Shown here piece by piece: positions 16,421 through 25,149 of a DNA stretch of 64,000 bases (position 1 is the first letter of the stretch; every line of letters starts with the position of its first letter). This stretch comes from an uncultured Gammaproteobacteria bacterium (GTDB taxonomy: Bacteria; Patescibacteriota; Microgenomatia; PFEM01; DATLAM01): NCBI GenBank assembly GCA_964566925.1, contig CAZMIZ010000002.1:72647-136646 (forward strand). The letters are read 5' to 3'. A program made the position numbers and the translations under genes. The notes beneath the pieces are model-generated. The model saw only the letters and a list, made by a program, of their open reading frames with translations, searched no databases and had not been told where the DNA came from.

Positions 16421-17311
16421 TTATATTCGCCAGCACCTTTGTTTTTCAAAATTTTTATGAGGCTTAAAGGGGCTAACGAGTTTTTTGGGATCCTCTCCCA
16501 GAATTTCAATTTTGTCTTTGGGGTATAAAAATCCATATTTTTCTTCCCATAATAGATTTAAATAGCCAACATCATCAGTATTAAAGCCCATTAAAGAGGT
16601 TGCTAGTGAGTCTGCTGCCAGAGCATCGAAGGATGAAAGAACCCATCCAGCCATTTTTTTAGTCCCCTTCCCCACCGGACCATCTCCTTCCATGCCGATA
16701 GTTCCGTCAATGATCACAAAATCTGGGTAGGCGTATTGAGCAATCGAACCCATAACATGATGAATAAATTTACCTTTGTGGATTTTTAGTCTCGTAGTAT
16801 AGCCGGGGACGACACCGACGAGAACGTTTTTTATTGAGGCGGTTATCACCACACGGTTATGCGTTTTAGGCCGAACGATGGAAACTAGAAAGGGGGCCTC
16901 AACAATTGTTTTGCTCATTGGGAGAGAAAATTCACCTTCCGGATATTTTAGTTTTTTGCTTACCACTTCGTCGTCGTTTAAGTCTAAAAGTTTGATTTGG
17001 GGATTTTTTTTGGCTAATTCTGTAAAACCATACTTTTCAAAAGCGTTAATTTTTACCCCCCAAGTTGCCCCCTCAGCAATAATGACTTCCTTTTTGTAAA
17101 ACGGCTGGACAAAGTTAATAAAGCTTTCAACTGCCTTAAATGGAGTGGTTGATAATTCTACCCTGGTGTCAACGAAATTAACTTTTATAACTAACGAAGA
17201 TATTTTTGTCAAAGCCTTTTTAAGCTCTCCCTCTAAAAGACCCAGGGAATCCTGAACACCCTTGAAGTGTTCACTGCTTTTAACCAGAGACACTTTTGCT
17301 TTATTTTTCAT
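16421..17311 (-). CDS. DUF362 domain protein
   Basis: Segments LVIKVNFVD, KTHNRVVITASIKN and IIDGTIGMEGDGPVGKG match the layout of DUF362-family proteins. The function is unknown. Confidence 0.45.
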   Translation of the reverse strand: MKNKAKVSLVKSSEHFKGVQDSLGLLEGELKKALTKISSLVIKVNFVDTRVELSTTPFKAVESFINFVQPFYKKEVIIAEGATWGVKINAFEKYGFTELAKKNPQIKLLDLNDDEVVSKKLKYPEGEFSLPMSKTIVEAPFLVSIVRPKTHNRVVITASIKNVLVGVVPGYTTRLKIHKGKFIHHVMGSIAQYAYPDFVIIDGTIGMEGDGPVGKGTKKMAGWVLSSFDALAADSLATSLMGFNTDDVGYLNLLWEEKYGFLYPKDKIEILGEDPKKLVSPFKPHKNFEKQRCWRI

Positions 17312-17447
17312 TTATTAAATCTCTTATACAATAATAAAAATTTTAGTGCAAGAGAGGGTATTGTTGTTTCCGCATCGGAAGTTTTGTATAATCAAGGCCC
17401 TGCTCCTAAAATGGTTTGAGCTTTCTTACAGATACCCACTAAATAAA

Positions 17448-18029
17448 ATGAAAGAAATTTTAAAAGGCGGAGATTTGATTGCCCACCAAAGAAGGCTTTT
17501 AGAACAGTTTCTTGTAGACTGCCGGTCTGGAATTTTACCCTTAAGATCATACAGACAAATTCGAGAGAGCGGAAGTCTCGTCTTTGAAGAAGGCCAGGAA
17601 GAGTCATTAAAGAGACAAATTATTGAAAAATCGGAGGGGAAATTAAAGCCCGAAAGTGGAAAATTATGCGAAATCGAAGATTACGGTATACCCCAGTTTC
17701 GCCATCATGGGAAAACGTTTGACACTGGCCTAGAAGAAGGGGCTCGGGTAGTTCGAGGGTTCTTTTTTTTAATCATCCTTGATGATTCTTGCCCATACCC
17801 TTGCGAATGTATGGTTCTTGACAATGGAATCTCTCGCGAATTTTATGACAAGATGACGCCAATCGAAAGGAAATCTTTTGTCAAGCGGGTAGCTCGCAGA
17901 TACAGAGGATTTATTTGTCTTTACCCTTCAGATATTTGTGGTTTTACCGCGTTTATTAATGACACTCCAGACGGTTTTACTGTTGACGGGCTTTACCCCG
18001 CCTACTCTCTTTATGATTATAAACGGTAA
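17448..18029 (+). CDS. Hypothetical protein (194 aa from the internal ATG; the track ORF starts at a GTG at 17346)
   Basis: A TATAAT box at 17387-17392 precedes the ATG at 17448 (MKEILKGGD...). Several Cys residues are present (CPYPCEC, C, C). No family recognised. Confidence 0.35.
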   Translation: MKEILKGGDLIAHQRRLLEQFLVDCRSGILPLRSYRQIRESGSLVFEEGQEESLKRQIIEKSEGKLKPESGKLCEIEDYGIPQFRHHGKTFDTGLEEGARVVRGFFFLIILDDSCPYPCECMVLDNGISREFYDKMTPIERKSFVKRVARRYRGFICLYPSDICGFTAFINDTPDGFTVDGLYPAYSLYDYKR

Positions 18030-18037
18030 AGAGGTTT

Positions 18038-19387
18038 TTATTTTCTGGAAACAGTGTAAAGAGTCGGGTGAAAAAGAAAGATAGCCGGTGTGTCTTCAAC
18101 TAAAAAGCGCTGAAAATCTTGGTAAATTTCCTTCCGCTCCTCCTGGTTCATCGTTTTTCTGCCATCCTCAAGTAGTTTGTCGATCTTCGGACTTTGATAA
18201 CGGCTAATATTGGTCCCCGCCTGAGTAGAATGCCAGAGTGAATATTGATCTGGATCAGACGACACTTCTTGGGCTACCAGGAGCGCTTCGTAATCCTCGG
18301 GGATGGTATTAACTACCTTAATGTGGGTTTTAACCGGAATTTTTTCCCAGTCAGCTTTAATTTCTTCCGCAACCGATAAAAGGGAGGGAACGGTTGCCAA
18401 TTCGATTTCGATCGACTCCGGAACCTCCCCACCCTCAAACGCCTTCTCCATTAAATTTTTGGCGTTCTCTAGGTCTAGATCATAAGGTTTAACGCTGGGA
18501 TTGTAAGCCCACGATTGAGGGTCAATTGGGCTTAGAGCCCGAGGTGTCCATTTTTTTTCTAAAGCATAGGCTAAGGCTTGGCGGAACGACTTATCAGAAA
18601 GCTTATCAGATTGAGTGTTAAGAAAAATAGCCACATAGCGATTATATTTGACTTCACGGACGATCTGAAGATTTTCCCATTCTTCTAACTCCCCTAAAGC
18701 TGAAAGATTTTTAATCGTGTCAATTTCACCCAACTTAAAGGCCGTCCTCGCTGTCTCTTCGGTGGGATAAAAACGTAAAACAAGATTCTCTTTTTGAGAA
18801 CCTTTTTCGGCTACTTTTAAGACAATTTGTTCAACGATTTGGCCGTTCCGTTCCAGCGAGACCACTTGGTATTCACCCGTCCCAATCAACCCTTTCTTAA
18901 AAACAGGTTTAGAAACAGTTATGGGGAAAGGCGAAAACGGCTCTTTCAGTTGAAATTTAATTGTTTTCTCATCCAAGAATGAAGTGGCCACGTCAGAAAA
19001 ATTATAATTAATATCGCGGGCGGTTACCCTACTGCCGTCATGCCAGAAAAGATTTTCCTTAAGGACGAAAGTATAAGTCTCGCCATCCTCATCGACTTGC
19101 CAAGAAGTAGCCATCGAGGGGACAACACTTTTATCGTTTTGAATGGAGGTTAATCCAGAACTGATTAAATTTTGAACCTCAAGAGGAAGCTGGGAAGTTG
19201 AAAATTTACCTACCAGGCCGATTCTTTGAGTCCCCTTTTTGAAGGGCATCGTCTTAAGAATTCTTGGTAAAACGATGAAACTGACGATTCCAATCAAAAA
19301 ACTTAAAACGAGAAGCCTCGAGTGTTTTTCGAGAAAAGCGGTGCCTAAACGAAGATAGAAACGAATCTTTTTAAAAATTGACGGCAT
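18038..19387 (-). CDS. Membrane-anchored solute-binding protein, family 5 (oligopeptide/nickel SBP-like)
   Basis: N-terminal TM LLVLSFLIGIVSFIVL, then SMATSWQVDEDGETYTFVLKENLFWHDGSRVTARD, typical of the SBP_bac_5 N-lobe. Confidence 0.5.
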   Translation of the reverse strand: MPSIFKKIRFYLRLGTAFLEKHSRLLVLSFLIGIVSFIVLPRILKTMPFKKGTQRIGLVGKFSTSQLPLEVQNLISSGLTSIQNDKSVVPSMATSWQVDEDGETYTFVLKENLFWHDGSRVTARDINYNFSDVATSFLDEKTIKFQLKEPFSPFPITVSKPVFKKGLIGTGEYQVVSLERNGQIVEQIVLKVAEKGSQKENLVLRFYPTEETARTAFKLGEIDTIKNLSALGELEEWENLQIVREVKYNRYVAIFLNTQSDKLSDKSFRQALAYALEKKWTPRALSPIDPQSWAYNPSVKPYDLDLENAKNLMEKAFEGGEVPESIEIELATVPSLLSVAEEIKADWEKIPVKTHIKVVNTIPEDYEALLVAQEVSSDPDQYSLWHSTQAGTNISRYQSPKIDKLLEDGRKTMNQEERKEIYQDFQRFLVEDTPAIFLFHPTLYTVSRK

Positions 19388-19395
19388 TTTAATTT

Positions 19396-19614
19396 TTAGC
19401 TCAGGATTGGGCTGATGATTGAAATGAGAAGGAAGGCGGCAGCGAGAACAATCGTGGCGATGAAAATAATCCGCTCCATTCCCCTTTTAGATCGGTAAAA
19501 CTCTCCGCCTCCTCCCCAGGTACTGCCTAAACCAGTTCCTCGAGCCTGGACGAGAATAGCTGCCATTAAGGAGAGGGCGATAATGATTTGGATAACCGTG
19601 ATCACTTCTTTCAT
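19396..19614 (-). CDS. secG: Preprotein translocase subunit SecG
   Basis: 72 aa with two TM helices flanking the Gly-rich loop ILVQARGTGLGSTWGGGGEFYRSKRG. Confidence 0.6.
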   Translation of the reverse strand: MKEVITVIQIIIALSLMAAILVQARGTGLGSTWGGGGEFYRSKRGMERIIFIATIVLAAAFLLISIISPILS

Positions 19615-19622
19615 TTTTCTTA

Positions 19623-20027
19623 TTACTTTTTAACCAGCCAAAAAAGGAAACTACTGGTCAAGCTAATGAGAAAAGAGGCCAAAATGAAAACCAAAATAAC
19701 GCTCAACTCTAAAGGAGGAATAACAAAACCTTGGTAAACAAATCCCAAAAAGTGAAAACTGACGATTTGGAATTGGGGAACCAGGATGGTAACCAGGTAA
19801 AGAGAAGCAACATTGACTAGCCAACGAAAGGCGCCCAGAGTTAAGAGATTGATTGGGAGTAAAAGAAGGTTGACTAAAGGTTTGACTACCAGGTTAACGA
19901 CAGTGAGGACGAAGGCAGCAATCAAGAGAGTCTGATAATTGGCACCATAACTCATACCTGGCAAAACTTGGCTCACTAACCAGAGAGAGACAAGATTGAT
20001 TGCGAAGGAGCGAAGATGCCTTTTCAT
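19623..20027 (-). CDS. Four-TM membrane protein of the phage-holin-4 (PF04020-like) family
   Basis: MKRHLRSFAINLVSLWLVSQVLPGM...VVKPLVNLLLLPINLLTLGAFRWLVNVASLYLVTILVPQFQIVSF parallels holin family 4 proteins (W..V..LAL.L...LLPG...VRPLL..LTLPL.ILTLGLF). Confidence 0.45.
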   Translation of the reverse strand: MKRHLRSFAINLVSLWLVSQVLPGMSYGANYQTLLIAAFVLTVVNLVVKPLVNLLLLPINLLTLGAFRWLVNVASLYLVTILVPQFQIVSFHFLGFVYQGFVIPPLELSVILVFILASFLISLTSSFLFWLVKK

Positions 20028-20071
20028 TACCTAATTTTTACCATGAATTAAGCGAAATGTCAAAGAAATTT

Positions 20072-21928
20072 TTAAGCTGAAGGCCGGCGAATTTTTCGGA
20101 TCAATAAAGGGGCAGCTTTATAAATTGTCAGGAAAAGGAAAACACCCATTAGACTGCCAATAACGGCAGGAATAATTTGGTGCCAGATTAGCGATTTAAT
20201 CTCTAGGTGATAATCAAATTTTTCGTTATTGATTAAAATGGAGATCGTTCCTTGACCCGATTTAAGCCAAGTTTGATTTTTAAGCCTAACTGCTAGGACC
20301 TGGCTGGCAAAGGGCGGTAAAATGGTAATTTCTTCTGGGTGATAATCAACATTAAGGAAAGCGCTATTGATCTCAATAGGCAAATTGTAAAGAGCGCTTG
20401 AACCGCTGTTTTTAACAATGACCTCGCCGGCTGATTCAAAGCCTGCGAAAACACTTTTAGGCAAGTCAAAACTCACCTCAAGATTAACTGGTGTCTCTAC
20501 TGCATATGTCCCAAAAGCCACCTGAATATCTTTTTGGATGGACTCTTCTAGTTTATAGGCGCCGGCAGGATAGGGAGTCTCACTGTCTGCGCCGTGAGTA
20601 ACAAAGGCAAAGTGGCTAAGGTCAAGTTTAGAAAAATAATCTATCCCGCCGGTCGTCTTACCCCAGGTGGGATCGACCGGAACCCAAATTTGTTTTTCCT
20701 CGTCCCAGTACTCAGGCCAAGCATGGAGAACATCGGCCATTAAACTCAGCGGGCGGAGTTTTTCGTTGGTTGCGTAAGCAAACCCGTTGATCTCCCTAGC
20801 TGGATAGCCAGCCGCCCGAGAAAGAGCGACGAAGAGGTCAGTAAATTCTGTGCAGATAGCTTTGTCCGGATTTTTTAAAGATTCAAGAGCTCCTAGCCGC
20901 TCCGCCCCCCTTTTTACTCGAGAATAATCGTAATCTAAATTTTCAATCACAAAATTATAAATATCTTGAGGGGTGGCCAAATTTTCCGCTTGAGATTTAA
21001 TTATTTCCTCCTCTGTTTCCCAAAAAACATCCGGTTTAAGATTAGACTCTAAAGCGCTTTGAGTAGGTATTGGGAAATGTTCTTGGGGGTGGGTGTAGAT
21101 TTTAACCTGGCCTGAAGCTTTAATGGTTAGCTTTTCTTTGGCTGCTAATCGATACGAGGCAAGCCAATTTCCATCAACATCTATTTTGACATTCAAAGGA
21201 GGCGGATCGATAGTTTTATAGATAACCTTTTGATAAGCAGTGTCAGGGGGTAAGGCAATGCTCGTTTCACCAGTGACCATCTCTGGATTTTTCAAATGAT
21301 AAAAAAGAGTAAAATCAAAAACTTGAAAATCGCCGAAAACCGCAACGCCGCCCGAATCTCCCAGTTGGCCTTTATTGAAAAAATAGATGTTTGATTCAGA
21401 ATCGCTTCTTTTGGATGCAGGTTGAGGCGTAATATAAGCCAACTCCCCAAAGCTTTTAGGTACAGTGAGGGAAAGAGAATAGGAATTAATTTCTTCTGGG
21501 TGGGAAAGCTTGGGAAGGGTAATTTCCCAAACCTGGCCATTTTTACTGGCGACTCCTAGTGTCTCGTATTTTAGACTAAATTTGAGACTCTTGCCACTCC
21601 CAACCACTTGTTCATTAAAAGTTAGGTCGATAATCGTTGTCTTGCCTTCTTCTTTAACTTCAGTCGCCAGTGGACCCAAAGAATCTTCGGCGACTACGTT
21701 TTGGATATGGCCGATTTCGGTGGTCAGTGAATAGCGAGTAGCGTAAACTTGAGAAAGCTTATTGGTCAAAGAGATTTCCTGAGTAACCTGGGTCACCCCT
21801 CTCGGATTAACCGCGTAACGGACCTGATAGTCAGTTTCGAATTCTTCGGAAGAATATCCTTTTGGAGCGGTTATTAAACCGATACTGCTAAAAAGAATTA
21901 GAAAAAAGACGAGGGGAAAACGCCTCAT
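20072..21928 (-). CDS. Transglutaminase-like domain protein, secreted and C-terminally membrane-anchored
   Basis: Signal peptide present. Catalytic-core-like segment CTEFTDLFVALSRAAGYPAREINGFAY matches C-x-x-F-A-x-x-F-x-x-L-x-R-x-x-G-I-P-A-R. C-terminal TM is IIPAVIGSLMGVFLFLTIY. Confidence 0.6.
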   Translation of the reverse strand: MRRFPLVFFLILFSSIGLITAPKGYSSEEFETDYQVRYAVNPRGVTQVTQEISLTNKLSQVYATRYSLTTEIGHIQNVVAEDSLGPLATEVKEEGKTTIIDLTFNEQVVGSGKSLKFSLKYETLGVASKNGQVWEITLPKLSHPEEINSYSLSLTVPKSFGELAYITPQPASKRSDSESNIYFFNKGQLGDSGGVAVFGDFQVFDFTLFYHLKNPEMVTGETSIALPPDTAYQKVIYKTIDPPPLNVKIDVDGNWLASYRLAAKEKLTIKASGQVKIYTHPQEHFPIPTQSALESNLKPDVFWETEEEIIKSQAENLATPQDIYNFVIENLDYDYSRVKRGAERLGALESLKNPDKAICTEFTDLFVALSRAAGYPAREINGFAYATNEKLRPLSLMADVLHAWPEYWDEEKQIWVPVDPTWGKTTGGIDYFSKLDLSHFAFVTHGADSETPYPAGAYKLEESIQKDIQVAFGTYAVETPVNLEVSFDLPKSVFAGFESAGEVIVKNSGSSALYNLPIEINSAFLNVDYHPEEITILPPFASQVLAVRLKNQTWLKSGQGTISILINNEKFDYHLEIKSLIWHQIIPAVIGSLMGVFLFLTIYKAAPLLIRKIRRPSA

Positions 21929-21972
21929 AAGATCATTTTAAAATCTGTCTTGAAATTTGTCTAGGGCGAGAC

Positions 21973-22001
21973 TTGACAAAGAATTCTTTTTCGGGTATTC
22001 T
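21973..22001 (+). promoter_or_regulatory. Sigma-70-like promoter of lexA (TTGACA-17-TATTCT) overlapped by inverted repeat AGAATTC...GGTATTCT
   Basis: TTGACA at 21973-21978, 17-nt spacer, TATTCT at 21996-22001, then the ATG at 22009 with no room for a Shine-Dalgarno. The inverted repeat AGAAT-N12-ATTCT (21980-22001) spans the -10 and is a candidate operator. Confidence 0.4.
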
Positions 22002-22008
22002 TGGGGTG

Positions 22009-22623
22009 ATGCCCGTTACTCTTTATAAGCGCCAAAAACAAATTCTTGATTTTATTTCTCAATATATCCAAAAAAACGGATTCTCACCCACCCTTCAAGA
22101 TATTGCCGACGCTCTTGGCGTTTCCTCGTTAGCTACCGTTCATGAACACTTAACGGCGATGACCAAAAAGGGCGTCATTAAACGCTACGAGGGAGCTGTT
22201 CGAGGAATTGAGTTGGCGGATAAGAAATTAGGCAAACTGACTCAAGGGGTAGAATTGCCTATTTTGGGCTTCATTGCCGCAGGCAAACCAATTGAAGCTC
22301 ATACTGACCCCAATGCTTCGACTAAGATTTCACCCAGCATGCTCTCTGGTAAGAAGCGCGCTTTCGTCCTCCAAGTTAAAGGAGAAAGTATGATTGAAGA
22401 CGGAATTCTGGATGGCGATTATGTAGTCGTCGAACAACAGGAATTAGCCAATAATGGCGACTTAGTCGTGGCTATTCTGGAAAATGGAATGGCTACCTTA
22501 AAACGATTCTTTAAAGAAGCAACGCGGGTTAGACTAGAGCCAGCCAACGCCGAGATGAGTCCTATTTTTGCTAAAAAGGTAAGGATTCAGGGAAAAGTCG
22601 TCGGCGTGGTTCGTAGATATTAA
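22009..22623 (+). CDS. lexA: LexA repressor (S24 peptidase)
   Basis: N-terminal wHTH LTKRQKQILDFISQYIQKNGFSPTLQDIADALGVSS. Cleavage-site region GFIAAGKPIEA. Ser in VKGESM and Lys in TLKRF. Confidence 0.75.
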   Translation: MPVTLYKRQKQILDFISQYIQKNGFSPTLQDIADALGVSSLATVHEHLTAMTKKGVIKRYEGAVRGIELADKKLGKLTQGVELPILGFIAAGKPIEAHTDPNASTKISPSMLSGKKRAFVLQVKGESMIEDGILDGDYVVVEQQELANNGDLVVAILENGMATLKRFFKEATRVRLEPANAEMSPIFAKKVRIQGKVVGVVRRY

Positions 22624-22682
22624 TTTTCTTCTAACTAACTTCTTCTTGAAATTCCTTCTCTTTGGGTATTTAATAAGGATTA

Positions 22683-23252
22683 TTGAAGAATTCAGTTAGT
22701 CCCTACCAGCCTCATCAGTATATAAAAGATATTTTGGGAGGCCAGTTTATTTCTGTTCTTGGCGGTCTTTTGGCCGGACTCCTTCTCGCTTCCCGGATTG
22801 ATCATCTTGAACTTTTTCCCGGTTTCTTCATCCTTTTTCCTGGCTTCTTAGAACTTCAGGGAGGTCTTAACGGGAGCTTGGCAGCAAGAATTGGGTCTCT
22901 AATTCATGTCGACGGGGTTGAAAGCGTCGATGGTTTAACTGATCTGCGAGTTAAAGAGAATTTGGCGGTTAGTTTTAGTCTTTGTCTAGTTGCCAGTTTG
23001 ATTTTAGGTATTTTTGCCTTTTTCTTAGCCTATTTAGTACTTGACAAAATGATTTTTTCTCTTATTTTTGTTTCCTCTTTGGCTGGCCTCCTCGCCAGTC
23101 TTTTCCTAATCCCACTAACCTTCTTTATCGCGATTTGGCTGTATAAAAAGGGGCATGATCCCGATAATGTTATGGGACCATTTATTACCTCTCTAGGAGA
23201 TATTATTAGCGTTATCTCTTTGATTACGATTATCAGTTTAATCGTCAAATGA
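22683..23252 (+). CDS. MgtE-family divalent-cation transporter TM-domain protein (half 1)
   Basis: Five predicted TMs with FPGFFILFPGFLELQGGLNGSLAARIGSLIH, matching the P-x-L-x-x-x-x-G-x-x-G-x-x-x-x-S-R MgtE membrane-domain signature. Confidence 0.45.
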   Translation: MKNSVSPYQPHQYIKDILGGQFISVLGGLLAGLLLASRIDHLELFPGFFILFPGFLELQGGLNGSLAARIGSLIHVDGVESVDGLTDLRVKENLAVSFSLCLVASLILGIFAFFLAYLVLDKMIFSLIFVSSLAGLLASLFLIPLTFFIAIWLYKKGHDPDNVMGPFITSLGDIISVISLITIISLIVK

Positions 23253-23809
23253 CTAAAGGAATAAGAGAAAATTTTTCTCAAAACCTACCCTCTCTTATTT
23301 TTGCTTCGTGCCTAAGTTCAATTGGCGGCATTAGTCTTAGTTTTACCAGGGAGAAGATTCTCCTTATTTTGCCGCTTCTTATTCTTCTGCCTGCCTTAAA
23401 TAATATGGTTGGAGGCTATGGAACCATTATTGCCTCCAAATTTACCACCTGGCTTTATCGAGGGACGATTCCTCCTCATTGGTGGAAGTCAAAAAGATTG
23501 AGAAGTCTTTTTAAAAATATTTTTCTAATTGCCTGTCTTTATTCATTCCTGAATGCAGGCTTAGCCAGTGCCCTTTCTTTTTATCAAGATTTTCCCTTAA
23601 CCTTATCTGTTTTTTTAAGAGTTCTTTTAATTGGCGTGGTTACCACGACGGCGATAGTTTTCTTTCTATCTTTCCTGGTTATCTTAATTGGAATTTATCT
23701 TAATCGAAGAAGGCTTGATCCTGACAATTATCTTATTCCCTTTGCCACCGCCCTGGCCGATCTCGGAGCTCTAATGGTTTTTGGTGGTTTAGTTTCTCTT
23801 TTGTTCTGA
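23249..23809 (+). CDS. MgtE-family divalent-cation transporter TM-domain protein (half 2)
   Basis: Five predicted TMs with LILPLLILLPALNNMVGGYGTIIASKFTT. Starts 4 nt inside the stop of half 1 (ATGA coupling). Together the two halves resemble an SLC41-like tandem. Confidence 0.45.
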   Translation: MTKGIRENFSQNLPSLIFASCLSSIGGISLSFTREKILLILPLLILLPALNNMVGGYGTIIASKFTTWLYRGTIPPHWWKSKRLRSLFKNIFLIACLYSFLNAGLASALSFYQDFPLTLSVFLRVLLIGVVTTTAIVFFLSFLVILIGIYLNRRRLDPDNYLIPFATALADLGALMVFGGLVSLLF

Positions 23810-24475
23810 GTTACTTTTTTTGATTTTCTTGAGCTTATACCAAACATAAAAAATGACTGCGCCTACTCCGACAGCAACGATTAAAAGATCGAATTTTCTA
23901 AAATAAACCTCTAAGATGTTCCAATTTTCACCGAGAAGGACGCCAAAATAAGCCAAGATAGCTGACCAAATTAGTGCCCCAGCCAAACTAAAAACAGAAA
24001 ATTTAAAAATGTTCATTTGGGAAAAGCCAGCCGGCAGGGAAATAAAGGTTCTAATTACCGGTAATAATCTCGAGGCAAAGGCAATCAATTCTCCCTTTTC
24101 TCTGAACCATTTTTCCGCTGTCTCCACTTCCTCATAGGTAATCAAAAGAAACTTCCCGTATTTTTTAACCAATCGCCGGACAAATCTTTCTTGACCCCAA
24201 TAACCCAAACCGTAAGCCATTAATGAACCGACCAAGTTCCCAATTCCGCCTGCCAAAACAACCAGCCAAAAATTTAGCTTACCTAAGCCAACCATGAAAC
24301 CGGCAAAAGGCATGGTTACTTCAGAAGGAATGGGGATTAAAGCAGATTCAACCAGCATTAAAAGAAAGACGGCTGGATATCCCAGGGTTGAGATAGAATT
24401 TGTGATCCAGTGGCCAATGGGTTCAAGTAAGGCTTCAATCATCGTTGTGATATACTCTCCATTGTATGGGGACAT
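23789..24475 (-). CDS. DedA/VTT-domain family membrane protein
   Basis: GYPAVFLLMLVESALIPIPSEVTMPFAGFMVG...LLPVIRTFISLPAG matches the DedA core (E-x-x-x-P-x-P-S-E and R-x-x-P-x-x-R). Confidence 0.65.
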   Translation of the reverse strand: MSPYNGEYITTMIEALLEPIGHWITNSISTLGYPAVFLLMLVESALIPIPSEVTMPFAGFMVGLGKLNFWLVVLAGGIGNLVGSLMAYGLGYWGQERFVRRLVKKYGKFLLITYEEVETAEKWFREKGELIAFASRLLPVIRTFISLPAGFSQMNIFKFSVFSLAGALIWSAILAYFGVLLGENWNILEVYFRKFDLLIVAVGVGAVIFYVWYKLKKIKKSNSEQKRN

Positions 24476-25149
24476 TGTTTATTGTGTCAACCCCGATTGG
24501 CAATTTAAAAGACATTACCTTAAGGGCTTTGGAGATTTTAGCCAAAGTTGACCTGATTGCCTGCGAAGACACTCGAAAAGCAGGCTTGCTCTTAAAACGT
24601 CATCAAATAAAAAAGCCTTCACTCCTTTCGTATTATGAAGAAAATGAAACCCAGCGAATTCCCCAGATGATAAGGCTTTTAAAAGAGGGAAAGGCAGTTG
24701 CTTTGGTGTCCAATGCTGGCACGCCGGCGATTTCGGATCCCGGCTTTAAACTCATTAGAAAATGCGTTGAGGAGAATATCAAAATTGAAATTATTCCAGG
24801 CGCTTCAGCCATTCTGGCTGCTCTAATTTCTTCTGGATTACCCACTGATAAATTCCTTTTTTTAGGTTATTTGCCGAAAAAGCAAGGAAAGCGCTTAAAG
24901 CTTCTTAAAAACTGGACTTTAAGTTTGGTTGCCTCTACGCTGATTATTTTTGAATCCCCGCATCGGTTGGTTAAAACATTGGTTGACATTAAAAACGTTT
25001 TTGGCGATATAGAGATTGTCATTTGTCGGGAGATGACCAAGATTCATGAGGAAATTAGACGAGAAAGAATCAGTCAATCAATTAAACATTTTGAGAAAAC
25101 GAAACCAAGAGGAGAATTAACACTAGTCTTCAGAATTCTTCCAAAGTAG
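24466..25149 (+). CDS. rsmI: 16S rRNA (cytidine1402-2'-O)-methyltransferase RsmI
   Basis: MGTLFIVSTPIGNLKDITLRALEILAKVDLIACEDTRKAG is a tetrapyrrole-methylase-fold N-terminus identical in pattern to RsmI. Also SNAGTPAISDPG. Confidence 0.75.
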   Translation: MGTLFIVSTPIGNLKDITLRALEILAKVDLIACEDTRKAGLLLKRHQIKKPSLLSYYEENETQRIPQMIRLLKEGKAVALVSNAGTPAISDPGFKLIRKCVEENIKIEIIPGASAILAALISSGLPTDKFLFLGYLPKKQGKRLKLLKNWTLSLVASTLIIFESPHRLVKTLVDIKNVFGDIEIVICREMTKIHEEIRRERISQSIKHFEKTKPRGELTLVFRILPK

